A DNA stretch of 63,892 bases, filler included, from Nemertoderma westbladi (taxonomy: Eukaryota > Animalia > Xenacoelomorpha), in assembly GCA_032718475.1 (NCBI GenBank). It is 4 parts of 4 records of this genome, joined end to end, with 100 filler letters (N's around TTAATTAATTAA, not from the genome) between each part and the next. Parts side by side here need not be neighbours in the genome. Positions count along the whole stretch, not along the records: positions 28,916 to 57,853 come from JAUCBJ010000381.1; positions 57,954 to 63,892 come from JAUCBJ010004263.1; 2 more parts are not named here. One strand, written 5' to 3'. A program made the translations under genes and the position numbers. This document shows positions 47,395 to 59,523 of this stretch, one piece after another (positions within the stretch are counted from its first letter, which is position 1; each line of letters begins with the position of its first letter). The notes under the pieces were generated by a model that had not been told where the DNA came from, made no database searches, and was given only the letters and a program-made list of their open reading frames with translations.

Positions 47395-47880
47395 GCTTTG
47401 TGCACTCTTGCTGTGTCTGCCGGATTACACCAGTACCACGCATTACTCGAAAACACACTAAGTGAATTACGAGACTTCCAGAAACAACATAACTTACTAC
47501 AAGAGACCCAACAGCTGGTGTACTTCCACCAACAGCTACCGGGGGTTCGGGTACTCGAGGAGGAGATGCACGACATACTGGTTGGCAGACGATTCCTCCC
47601 GGAGCGGGCCCAGCTACCGCTGACAGAACTCACCCAGGAGTGTAAGTCTGGCGAGGGGATGATGGCGCCCGGGGGTCCCGCTACATCTACAGACGCAGAC
47701 AAACCGGTGAGGTCTCCGAGAGTAACGACTTTCTGCGATATACTCACAGTGGCAGTGGACCCCCAACCTACTGATATTGACCGCAGACACGGAGCCTTCG
47801 CCCAACCCTTACCCCCACATTCCGAACCCCAAGACGACGAAGACGTCTGCGATAAACTGCCACCCGTTATGCGGCCTTAA
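47395..47880 (+). CDS. TTC17: Duplicated TTC17-like exon 2 lacking its own exon 1
   Basis: Identical to 42325-42810 with the acceptor intact; functionality unknown. Confidence 0.55.
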   Translation, partial: ALCTLAVSAGLHQYHALLENTLSELRDFQKQHNLLQETQQLVYFHQQLPGVRVLEEEMHDILVGRRFLPERAQLPLTELTQECKSGEGMMAPGGPATSTDADKPVRSPRVTTFCDILTVAVDPQPTDIDRRHGAFAQPLPPHSEPQDDEDVCDKLPPVMRP

Positions 47881-49999
47881 ATATATCGATCGCCTTTTAA
47901 TTAAATTTTTTTATTCATATTTTATTTTACCATTTTATTTAATTTTTAAATGTGTATCAACAGTTTTAACTTCATCCCAACACAATATTTGCTATTGAGT
48001 ACGTTTAAGCTAAATATATATGTAACTACTACCTTGACGCAGATAATTTTCCCTATTTTCTTATTTATATCCCTAAGTACCTAACTAATTCCCTTTTTCG
48101 TTGACTCTTTGTAAATAAACTGATTTATTACGGCGAGAGAATAACCCAATCCTCTTTTAACACTATTTTTTATTTGCTATAATAATAAATTAATCTACCC
48201 CATTTTTTTATTATTTAGTACTTAAAACTTAATTATTTACTCTGGTTGTGGGCTGTATAGGCTGACACATGCGATGTGTATGAGTTGGTGCGATGGATCC
48301 TTTTGAGAGTAAATATTTCAGAGTTAGTGCAAGTAATAGTTTGGCATTGTTGACTTTTGGGGTTTTTCAAAACGCTGGATCGAATGCGATTTTATTTCAT
48401 TCCCAAAAATTAATCGGTATGCTATTTTTCGTGGATCTAAGTTGTGGCACTTCAAATATTGAAACATATGAGACCCGGAAAATACCGCCATGTGTTGATT
48501 TCAGCACATTTTTATCGGTTTACTGGGTCGCTGATTCGAATGACAAAATATATGATTCGAAAAATACTACAAAGTTGATTTTTTAACGCATTTTTATAGG
48601 TTTTCTTTGCCGCTGAATCTATTGAAATTAATTTAGAAGCCTGAAGACTTAGTGGTTCGTCATTCTTGGTGCACTAATAATGACGTACCACTAAGTCTTG
48701 AGTCTTCAATAGTATTTTCAATCGATTCAGCGGTCCAGAAAACCTATAAAAATTAATTGAAATCAAAACTTGGGTTTATTTTCAGAAACTTGAATATTTC
48801 AAAATTAGAAGTGTCACGCCCTAATTTTGGTGCCCCAAAATGACGTACCACTACACGTACATACTGTATAGAACAGTGGAGCGCACCATAGCAATCATAA
48901 TCAATAAAAAACCCAAAACATCACTAAGGACGAACTTATAAATGACCATATAAAATTCGAAAATTAAAAAAAAATATGTGATGGGGACCAAATTTTTAGG
49001 TGGTACCCACATCGAAAAGTACAAATCCAACAGCGACGATGTTTTTTGCAAATACATAATGTTGTTGTACAGTTTTACAGCAATATTTAGACATAGAGAA
49101 TTGGCGTAAAGTTAAAGTGGCTTATAACACAGCCTTCTAATATATTTACCTTAATGTCTCGTCTAAAACTATCCACATTCGGCAAAACATCCGGGTAGAA
49201 TAGTTAATTTCAGACAATTGAAATTTGTGATAAATATTTAAATAAAAGCCGATTGTCAGTCGAGGTAAGGGATGGAGGGTGGAGTGATTAAAATTCTCCA
49301 ACATAATTAGAAGCTATATGGAAAGCTAGAAAATGAAATGTGAGCTATTTACTTTCGGTCCAGTCCTGGTTCGACCCCGTTTCGAGGAGATGCCATTTCG
49401 TAACTGCTCGTCTACTCAGCGAAATGGGAAAGGAATATGGGAGGTGGGGTTGGATAATTAAGGTGAGTTCAACCTTGGGAGTTTGTGTGACGCCGCCCTT
49501 ACTTACAGATAATTATTCGTTTTGCCTCCGGTGTTTGCCGATAAATTTAATTTCTCATTTCCCCGGTATCCCCAGCGTGAAATACCTTATTTATTTGATT
49601 CATTTATTTATAACATTTACTGTACATTGTTGTAACATATTAGTACACAAAGAATTACTTATTAGTTATGGTTAGGCCACCAGCTGGGTTATTAACATAC
49701 AATAATAACACAATAATTTGTCATGTCCAATGCCCATACGAATTGCTGAAGGCTAATCGAATAATTGGTTGAACTCATTACTGTTGCCAAGATACCATTG
49801 ACACTGAGCGTAATAGTAAGATCCCAACATGCAGATAGCTGTGGAAACATGTTAACTGTTTTACCGGTAGCCATATACAATACGGCATAATAACGGCTTC
49901 AGTATTGTCAATTACTTTGACACTGCTGTATAGTCCCAGCACAAGGATTTTAATGTAGTAGTAGCGATGGAGGGTTTCCATTAATTACTAATTAATAAG

Positions 50000-50228
50000 A
50001 TGGATTGGGTGAACTCTCAACAGGCCCAGACAGACTGGGTTCACTATGGACGAACCCTTGAGGTTGTAACCCCGCAGTCGCTTACCTCACTGGTTCCCCA
50101 AGCAAGGAGTCTGATTGGTCAATCTAACTACTTTCGATTGCGTGATATCCAGCAACGAAAAGATTTTGTAAAACGCGGTAATTTAATTTCGCCAAAAAGA
50201 CAATTAATTTTAAGAGGATACAATGAAG
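50000..50228 (+). CDS. LRRIQ3: LRRIQ3-like exon 1, copy 2
   Basis: Identical to 44930-45158. Confidence 0.6.
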
Positions 50229-50447
50229 GTATGTGGATCTAATATAACAGCATTAAGTAATTATGGATTGCATCAGATAATTGCCAACAATTGGTACCAG
50301 TATTGGTACTACTGTAGTGTCAGCTCCCTCGATTAAAACTCCCTCTTCGTAATTCCTATTGATGATAATTTATTGTTTATTAGTTAGATGTGGACTACTA
50401 TTAATAATTAATTACTGTAATTATTGACGATATGTTTCGTTTACTAG

Positions 50448-50626
50448 AAGTGGAGTTACACGATTTACGATACGTTAATCTACCGGGGGAACATCTCAAG
50501 GACTTTGGTCTTCTGTCAGTCTGCATTCATCTCCGAGTTCTGGTTCTTGCGAATAATTACATTCAGGATATATCGCCACTAATAACCTGTAGAAACCTGA
50601 TAAAACTCGACTTGCACAATAACCAG
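50448..50626 (+). CDS. LRRIQ3: LRRIQ3-like exon 2, copy 2
   Basis: Identical to 45378-45556; downstream exons are not in this contig. Confidence 0.78.
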
Positions 50627-53600
50627 GTAAGGTAGAGTTAGGCACAATAACCAGGTAAGGTAGAGTTAGGCACAATAACCAGGTAAGGTAGAGTTAGGCA
50701 CAATAACCAGGTAAGGTAGAGTTAGGCACAATAACCAGGTAAGGTAGAGTTAGGCACAATAACCAGGTAAGGTAGAGTTAGGCACAATAACGAGGTAAGG
50801 TAGAGTTAGGCACAATAACCAGGTAAGGTAGAGTTAGGCACAATAACCAGGTAAGGTAGAGTTAGGCACAATAACCAGGTAAGGTAGAGTTAGGCACAAT
50901 AACCAGGTAAGATAGAGTTAGGCACAATAACCAGGTAAGGTAGAGTTAGGCACAATAACCAGGTAAGGTAGAGTTAGGCACAATAACCAGGTAAGGTAGA
51001 GTTAGGCACAATAACCAGGTAAGGTAGAGTTAGGCACAATAACCAGGTAAGGTAGAGTTAGGCACAATAACCAGGTAAGGTAGAGTTAGGCACAATAACC
51101 AGGTAAGGTAGAGTTAGGCACAATAACCAGGTAAGGTAGAGTTAGGCACAATAACCAGGTAAGGTAGAGTTAGGCACAATAACCAGGTAAGGTAGAGTTA
51201 GGCACAATAACGAGGTAAGGTAGAGTTAGGCACAATAACCAGGTAAGGTAGAGTTAGGCACAATAACCAGGTAAGGTAGAGTTAGGCACAATAACCAGGT
51301 AAGGTAGAGTTAGGCACAATAACCAGGTAAGGTAGAGTTAGGCACAATAACCAGGTAAGGTAGAGTTAGGCACAATAACCAGGTAAGGTAGAGTTAGGCA
51401 CAATAACCAGGTAAAGTAGAGTTAGGCACAATAACCAGGTAAGGTAGAGTTAGGCACAATAACCAGGTAAGGTAGAGTTAGGCACAATAACCAGGTAAGG
51501 TAGAGTTAGGCACAATAACCAGGTAAAGTAGAGTTAGGCACAATAACCAGGTAAGGTAGAGTTAGGCACAATAACCAGGTAAGGTAGAGTTAGGCACAAT
51601 AACCAGGTAAGGTAGAGTTAGGCACAATAACCAGGTAAGGTAGAGTTAGGCACAATAACCAGGTAAGGTAGAGTTAGGCACAATAACCAGGTAAAGTAGA
51701 GTTAGGCACAATAACCAGGTAAAGTAGAGTTAGGCACAATAACCAGGTAAGGTAGAGTTAGGCACAATAACCAGGTAAGGTAGAGTTAGGCACAATAACC
51801 AGGTAAGGTAGAGTTAGGCACAATAACCAGGTAAGGTAGAGTTAGGCACAATAACCAGGTAAGGTAGAGTTAGGCACAATAACCAGGTAAAGTAGAGTTA
51901 GGCACAATAACCAGGTAAGGTAGAGTTAGGCACAATAACCAGGTAAGGTAGAGTTAGGCACAATAACCAGGTAAGGTAGAGTTAGGCACAATAACCAGGT
52001 AAGGTAGAGTTAGGCACAATAACCAGGTAAGGTAGAGTTAGCACAATAACAGGTAAGGTAGAGTTAGGCACAATAACCAGGTAAAGTAGAGTTAGGCACA
52101 ATAACCAGGTAAGGTAGAGTTAGGCACAATAACGAGGTAAGGTAGAGTTAGGCACAATAACCAGGTAAAGTAGAGTTAGGCACAATAACCAGGTAAGGTA
52201 GAGTTAGGCACAATAACCAGGTAAAGTAGAGTTAGGCACAATAACCAGGTAAGGTAGAGTTATGCACAATAACCAGGTAAAGTAGAGTTAGGCACAATAA
52301 CCAGGTAAGGTAGAGTTAGGCACAATAACCAGGTAAAGTAGAGTTAGGCACAATAACCAGGTAAGGTAGAGTTATGCACAATAACCAGGTAAGGTAGAGT
52401 TAGGCACAATAACCAGGTAAGGTAGAGTTAGGCACACTAACCAGGTAAGGTAGAGTTAGGCACAATAACCAGGTAAGGTAGAGTTAGGCACACTAACCAG
52501 GTAAGGTAGTTAGGCACAATAACCAGGTAAGGTAGAGTTAGGCACAATAACCAGGTAAGGTAGAGTTAGGCACAATAACCAGGTAAAGTAGAGTTAGGCA
52601 CAATAACCAGGTAAGGTAGAGTTATGCACAATAACCAGGTAAGGTAGAGTTAGGCACAATAACCAGGTAAGGTAGAGTTAGGCACAATAACCAGGTAAAG
52701 TAGAGTTAGGCACAATAACCAGGTAAGGTAGAGTTAGGCACAATAACCAGGTAAGGTAGAGTTAGGCACAATAACCAGGTAAGGTAGAGTTAGGCACAAT
52801 AACCAGGTAAGGTAGAGTTAGGCACAATAACCAGGTAAGGTAGAGTTAGGCACAATAACCAGGTAAGGTAGAGTTAGGCACAATAACCAGGTAAGGTAGA
52901 GTTAGGCACAATAACCAGGTAAGGTAGAGTTAGGCACAATAACCAGGTAAGGTAGAGTTAGGCACAATAACCAGGTAAGGTAGAGTTAGGCACAATAACC
53001 AGGTAAGGTAGAGTTAGGCACAATAACCAGGTAAGGTAGAGTTAGGCACAATAACCAGGTAAGGTAGAGTTAGGCACAATAACCAGGTAAGGTAGAGTTA
53101 GGCACAATAACCAGGTAAGGTAGAGTTAGGCACAATAACCAGGTAAAGTAGAGTTAGGCACAATAACCAGGTAAGGTAGAGTTAGGCACAATAACCAGGT
53201 AAGGTAGAGTTAGGCACAATAACCAGGTAAGGTAGAGTTAGGCACAATAACCAGGTAAGGTAGAGTTAGGCACAATAACCAGGTAAGGTAGAGTTAGGCA
53301 CAATAACCAGGTAAGGTAGAGTTAGGCACAATAACCAGGTAAGGTAGAGTTAGGCACAATAACCAGGTAAGGTAGAGTTAGGCACAATAACCAGGTAAGG
53401 TAGAGTTAGGCACAATAACCAGGTAAGGTAGAGTTAGGCACAATAACCAGGTAAAGTAGAGTTAGGCACAATAACCAGGTAAGGTAGAGTTAGGCACAAT
53501 AACCAGGTAAGGTAGAGTTAGGCACAATAACCAGGTAAGGTAGAGTTAGGCACAATAACCAGGTAAAGTAGAGTTAGGCACAATAACCAGGTAAGGTAGA

Positions 53601-56600
53601 GTTAGGCACAATAACCAGGTAAGGTAGAGTTAGGCACAATAACCAGGTAAGGTAGAGTTAGGCACAATAACCAGGTAAGGTAGAGTTAGGCACAATAACC
53701 AGGTAAGGTAGAGTTAGGCACAATAACCAGGTAAGGTAGAGTTAGGCACAATAACCAGGTAAGGTAGAGTTAGGCACAATAACCAGGTAAGGTAGAGTTA
53801 TGCACAATAACCAGGTAAGGTAGAGTTAGGCACAATAACCAGGTAAGGTAGAGTTAGGCACAATAACCAGGTAAGGTAGAGTTAGGCACAATAACCAGGT
53901 AAGGTAGAGTTAGGCACAATAACCAGGTAAGGTAGAGTTAGGCACAATAACCAGGTAAGGTAGAGTTAGGCACAATAACCAGGTAAGGTAGAGTTAGGCA
54001 CAATAACCAGGTAAGGTAGAGTTAGGCACAATAACCAGGTAAGGTAGAGTTAGGCACAATAACCAGGTAAGGTAGAGTTAGGCACAATAACCAGGTAAGG
54101 TAGAGTTAGGCACAATAACCAGGTAAGGTAGAGTTAGGCACAATAACCAGGTAAGGTAGAGTTATGCACAATAACCAGGTAAGGTAGAGTTAGGCACAAT
54201 AACCAGGTAAGGTAGAGTTAGGCACAATAACCAGGTAAGGTAGAGTTAGGCACAATAACCAGGTAAGGTAGAGTTAGGCACAATAACCAGGTAAAGTAGA
54301 GTTAGGCACAATAACCAGGTAAGGTAGAGTTAGGCACAATAACCAGGTAAGGTAGAGTTAGGCACAATAACCAGGTAAGGTAGAGTTAGGCACAATAACC
54401 AGGTAAGGTAGAGTTAGGCACAATAACCAGGTAAAGTAGAGTTAGGCACAATAACCAGGTAAGGTAGAGTTATGCACAATAACCAGGTAAGGTAGAGTTA
54501 GGCACAATAACCAGGTAAGGTAGAGTTATGCACAATAACCAGGTAAAGTAGAGTTAGGCACAATAACCAGGTAAGGTAGAGTTAGGCACAATAACCAGGT
54601 AAGGTAGAGTTAGGCACAATAACCAGGTAAGGTAGAGTTAGGCACAATAACCAGGTAAGGTAGAGTTAGGCACAATAACCAGGTAAGGTAGAGTTAGGCA
54701 CAATAACCAGGTAAGGTAGAGTTAGGCACAATAACCAGGTAAGGTAGAGTTAGGCACAATAACCAGGTAAGGTAGAGTTAGGCACAATAACCAGGTAAGG
54801 TAGAGTTATGCACAATAACCAGGTAAGGTAGAGTTAGGCACAATAACCAGGTAAGGTAGAGTTAGGCACAATAACCAGGTAAGGTAGAGTTAGGCACAAT
54901 AACCAGGTAAGGTAGAGTTAGGCACAATAACCAGGTAAGGTAGAGTTAGGCACAATAACCAGGTAAGGTAGAGTTAGGCACAATAACCAGGTAAGGTAGA
55001 GTTAGGCACAATAACCAGGTAAGGTAGAGTTAGGCACAATAACCAGGTAAGGTAGAGTTATGCACAATAACCAGGTAAGGTAGAGTTAGGCACAATAACC
55101 AGGTAAGGTAGAGTTAGGCACAATAACCAGGTAAGGTAGAGTTAGGCACAATAACCAGGTAAGGTAGAGTTAGGCACAATAACCAGGTAAGGTAGAGTTA
55201 GGCACAATAACCAGGTAAGGTAGAGTTAGGCACAATAACCAGGTAAGGTAGAGTTAGGCACAATAACCAGGTAAAGTAGAGTTAGGCACAATAACCAGGT
55301 AAGGTAGAGTTAGGCACAATAACCAGGTAAGGTAGAGTTAGGCACAATAACCAGGTAAGGTAGAGTTAGGCACAATAACCAGGTAAGGTAGAGTTAGGCA
55401 CAATAACCAGGTAAGGTAGAGTTAGGCACAATAACCAGGTAAGGTAGAGTTAGGCACAATAACCAGGTAAGGTAGAGTTAGGCACAATAACCAGGTAAGG
55501 TAGAGTTAGGCACAATAACCAGGTAAGGTAGAGTTAGGCACAATAACCAGGTAAGGTAGAGTTAGGCACAATAACCAGGTAAGGTAGAGTTAGGCACAAT
55601 AACCAGGTAAGGTAGAGTTAGGCACAATAACCAGGTAAGGTAGAGTTAGGCACAATAACCAGGTAAGGTAGAGTTAGGCACAATAACCAGGTAAGGTAGA
55701 GTTAGGCACAATAACCAGGTAAGGTAGAGTTAGGCACAATAACCAGGTAAGGTAGAGTTAGGCACAATAACGAGGTAAGGTAGAGTTAGGCACAATAACC
55801 AGGTAAGGTAGAGTTAGGCACAATAACCAGGTAAGGTAGAGTTAGGCACAATAACCAGGTAAGGTAGAGTTAGGCACAATAACCAGGTAAGGTAGAGTTA
55901 GGCACAATAACCAGGTAAGGTAGAGTTAGGCACAATAACCAGGTAAGGTAGAGTTAGGCACAATAACCAGGTAAGGTAGAGTTAGGCACAATAACCAGGT
56001 AAGGTAGAGTTAGGCACAATAACCAGGTAAGGTAGAGTTATGCACAATAACCAGGTAAGGTAGAGTTAGGCACAATAACCAGGTAAAGGTAGAGTTAGGC
56101 ACAATAACCAGGTAAGGTAGAGTTAGGCACAATAACCAGGTAAGGTAGAGTTAGGCACAATAACCAGGTAAGGTAGAGTTAGGCACAATAACCAGGTAAG
56201 GTAGAGTTAGGCACAATAACCAGGTAAGGTAGAGTTAGGCACAATAACCAGGTAAGGTAGAGTTAGGCACAATAACCAGGTAAGGTAGAGTTAGGCACAA
56301 TAACCAGGTAAGGTAGAGTTAGGCACAATAACCAGGTAAGGTAGAGTTAGGCACAATAACCAGGTAAGGTAGAGTTAGGCACAATAACCAGGTAAGGTAG
56401 AGTTAGGCACAATAACCAGGTAAGGTAGAGTTAGGCACAATAACCAGGTAAGGTAGAGTTAGGCACAATAACCAGGTAAGGTAGAGTTAGGCACAATAAC
56501 CAGGTAAGGTAGAGTTAGGCACAATAACCAGGTAAGGTAGAGTTAGGCACAATAACCAGGTAAGGTAGAGTTAGGCACAATAACCAGGTAAGGTAGAGTT

Positions 56601-57853
56601 AGGCACAATAACCAGGTAAGGTAGAGTTAGGCACAATAACCAGGTAAGGTAGAGTTAGGCACAATAACCAGGTAAGGTAGAGTTAGGCACAATAACCAGG
56701 TAAGGTAGAGTTAGGCACAATAACCAGGTAAGGTAGAGTTAGGCACAATAACCAGGTAAGGTAGAGTTAGGCACAATAACCAGGTAAGGTAGAGTTAGGC
56801 ACAATAACCAGGTAAGGTAGAGTTAGGCACAATAACCAGGTAAGGTAGAGTTAGGCACAATAACCAGGTAAGGTAGAGTTAGGCACAATAACCAGGTAAG
56901 GTAGAGTTAGGCACAATAACCAGGTAAGGTAGAGTTAGGCACAATAACCAGGTAAGGTAGAGTTAGGCACAATAACCAGGTAAGGTAGAGTTAGGCACAA
57001 TAACCAGGTAAGGTAGAGTTAGGCACAATAACCAGGTAAGGTAGAGTTAGGCACAATAACCAGGTAAGGTAGAGTTAGGCACAATAACCAGGTAAGGTAG
57101 AGTTAGGCACAATAACCAGGTAAGGTAGAGTTAGGCACAATAACCAGGTAAGGTAGAGTTAGGCACAATAACCAGGTAAGGTAGAGTTAGGCACAATAAC
57201 CAGGTAAGGTAGAGTTAGGCACAATAACCAGGTAAGGTAGAGTTAGGCACAATAACCAGGTAAGGTAGAGTTAGGCACAATAACCAGGTAAGGTAGAGTT
57301 AGGCACAATAACCAGGTAAGGTAGAGTTAGGCACAATAACCAGGTAAGGTAGAGTTAGGCACAATAACCAGGTAAGGTAGAGTTAGGCACAATAACCAGG
57401 TAAGGTAGAGTTAGGCACAATAACCAGGTAAGGTAGAGTTAGGCACAATAACCAGGTAAGGTAGAGTTAGGCACAATAACCAGGTAAGGTAGAGTTAGGC
57501 ACAATAACCAGGTAAGGTAGAGTTAGGCACAATAACCAGGTAAAGTAGAGTTAGGCACAATAACCAGGTAAGGTAGAGTTAGGCACAATAACCAGGTAAG
57601 GTAGAGTTAGGCACAATAACCAGGTAAGGTAGAGTTAGGCACAATAACCAGGTAAGGTAGAGTTATGCACAATAACCAGGTAAGTAGAGTTAGGCACAAT
57701 AACCAGGTAAGGTAGAGTTAGGCACAATAACCAGGTAAGGTAGAGTTAGGCACAATAACCAGGTAAGGTAGAGTTAGGCACAATAACCAGGTAAGGTAGA
57801 GTTAGGCACAATAACCAGGTAAGGTAGAGTTAGGCACAATAACCAGGTAAAGT
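50614..57853. repeat. 28-bp splice-donor satellite, array 2 (~258 copies, runs into gap)
   Basis: Same unit, highly homogeneous; variants GTAAAG, TTATG, CGAG and CACTAAC. Confidence 0.98.
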
Positions 57854-57953
57854 NNNNNNNNNNNNNNNNNNNNNNNNNNNNNNNNNNNNNNNNNNNNTTA
57901 ATTAATTAANNNNNNNNNNNNNNNNNNNNNNNNNNNNNNNNNNNNNNNNNNNN
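57854..57953. other. Assembly linker/gap
   Basis: N44 + TTAATTAATTAA + N44. Confidence 0.97.
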
Positions 57954-58790
57954 AATAGGGCACTTTCCCATTAAAAAAATATTTTTGGTTACTTGCCCAA
58001 TATATTTCATTTTTAACCGAAAGTAGGTCACTTTACCAATAGGTCACTTGCTCAGTACTCGACTTACAGAATAAGTCACTTGCCCAATTTCAATTAACTA
58101 CGTATTCTGTCTGTTGCTAGGCCTACTACATCAATAATTAGACAGTGGCGCACATTGAGCGCAAGTTAAAATAGCAGATAGGGAGGGAAACTGGACGCAA
58201 TAAAAATTCATCCCTCTCCATGGTAAATTCGACGCAAATACCAGATGATTACTCTCAAAAATAAAACTGAAACCTGTTCGATTGTGTTCAGTTTATTGTT
58301 TTGGTTAAAATACCGTGCCACTGTAACCTGCTTCTTTCCCTAAATTGAGAATTTAACATTGAGGCGGGTTATTAATTTGCCAAGGCGGGTTTTGCGTCCA
58401 GTCCCCCCCCCCCCCCCCCCCCCCCTGACTCGAAAATAGTGACTCTCAGCGCAAATTGAACGCAACTGAAATAATTTATAGTTTATTGTTTTGGTTAGAA
58501 ATCACCGCCACTGTAACCTGCTCCTTTCCATTAATGTTCTTAAATCTTAATTAAATAAAGCTAAATCTCAAAATATTGGGCAAGTGTCCTATTCGAAAAC
58601 TGGCATATTGGGCAAGTGTCCTATTGGGAGAGTGACCATACCAGATCTAGTTATTGGCAATTGGGGAAGTGACTCCAGAGGCGTAGCGATGGGGAAGGGG
58701 GGGGGGGGGAGAGAAACTCATAGGGAAAGTGTCTTAAGGCAAATAATATTGGGCAAAAGTCTCATTGGGGAAGAGTCCATATTCGGCATC
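57954..58790. mobile_element. Foldback element with CACTTGCCCAA/TTGGGCAAGTG arms, containing nested elements
   Basis: Sub-repeats are inverted between 57954-58090 and 58575-58790. Confidence 0.65.
58177..58430. mobile_element. ~250-bp foldback element with shared core (copy 1)
   Basis: GGGAAACTGGACGCAA ... TTGCGTCCAGTCCCCC; near copy at 61912-62150. Confidence 0.75.
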
Positions 58791-58863
58791 TGACAGTTAA
58801 ACGATACAATGTACACCATGTCCTGGAATATACTGTCTTTATTCAAGTTCCTGGACGCCACCC

Positions 58864-58895
<32 letters not shown>

Positions 58896-59523
58896 CAAAA
58901 AAAAATTGTTTCTTCTACCATCATGACCTACTGTACTTGAACTATATACTACGCATATTGTCTTACTTGAGATCCTCCGAAAGGGCCGATATGTCTTCGG
59001 GGATTCCAGATTCAGATAGGAGTCCCGCAGGTTTATGCAGAAGAATAAACCTAGCATGATGATTCTTAAAGAATAACCGGACCCTCCAACCCCAAGTCGA
59101 ACAGTAGCTTCATCTCTACATTAGATAAAGAACTAATTTTACTCTCCTTCATGAAATTCGATAGACGATGGACGGTATATTCTTTTTACTGGCGGTCTCC
59201 GGTCTCCGAGGAATTTGAGGCATTTATAGCACAATGAAGTCGGAACAGACTCCGGCATTCCGGGTTTACTGAATATATCGCCCGTCGAAATGTACAAATG
59301 TTAGTGGTAGGCCCTGGTATCATCTGATCTATAAAAAAAGCCCTGACTAGTCGAACTAAGTGCCACTCTGTAGACCGAGCGAGCGAGCGTCATCTATACA
59401 CACAGCACTTTCCAACTATAACTGCTACGGCCTCCCCTCCATACAGATTCAGATACTACAGTACTACTGTACTATGTCCAGATTAGATTAGGCCCCCGTG
59501 CCAGTGGCTGCCAGCCTGCCAGC

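Larger units (their letters stand above)
47261..52330. repeat. Tandem segmental duplication, copy 2 (right boundary lost in satellite)
   Basis: Starts at GGCCCCGCCCTGGAAATACC, matching 42191 (mid-SINE). Confidence 0.9.

Noticed and set aside
45544-57853. CRISPR array or telomeric repeat
   Set aside because: Head-to-tail repeats with no unique spacers and no cas genes. GTTAGG occurs only once per unit, and the unit derives from an exon junction.
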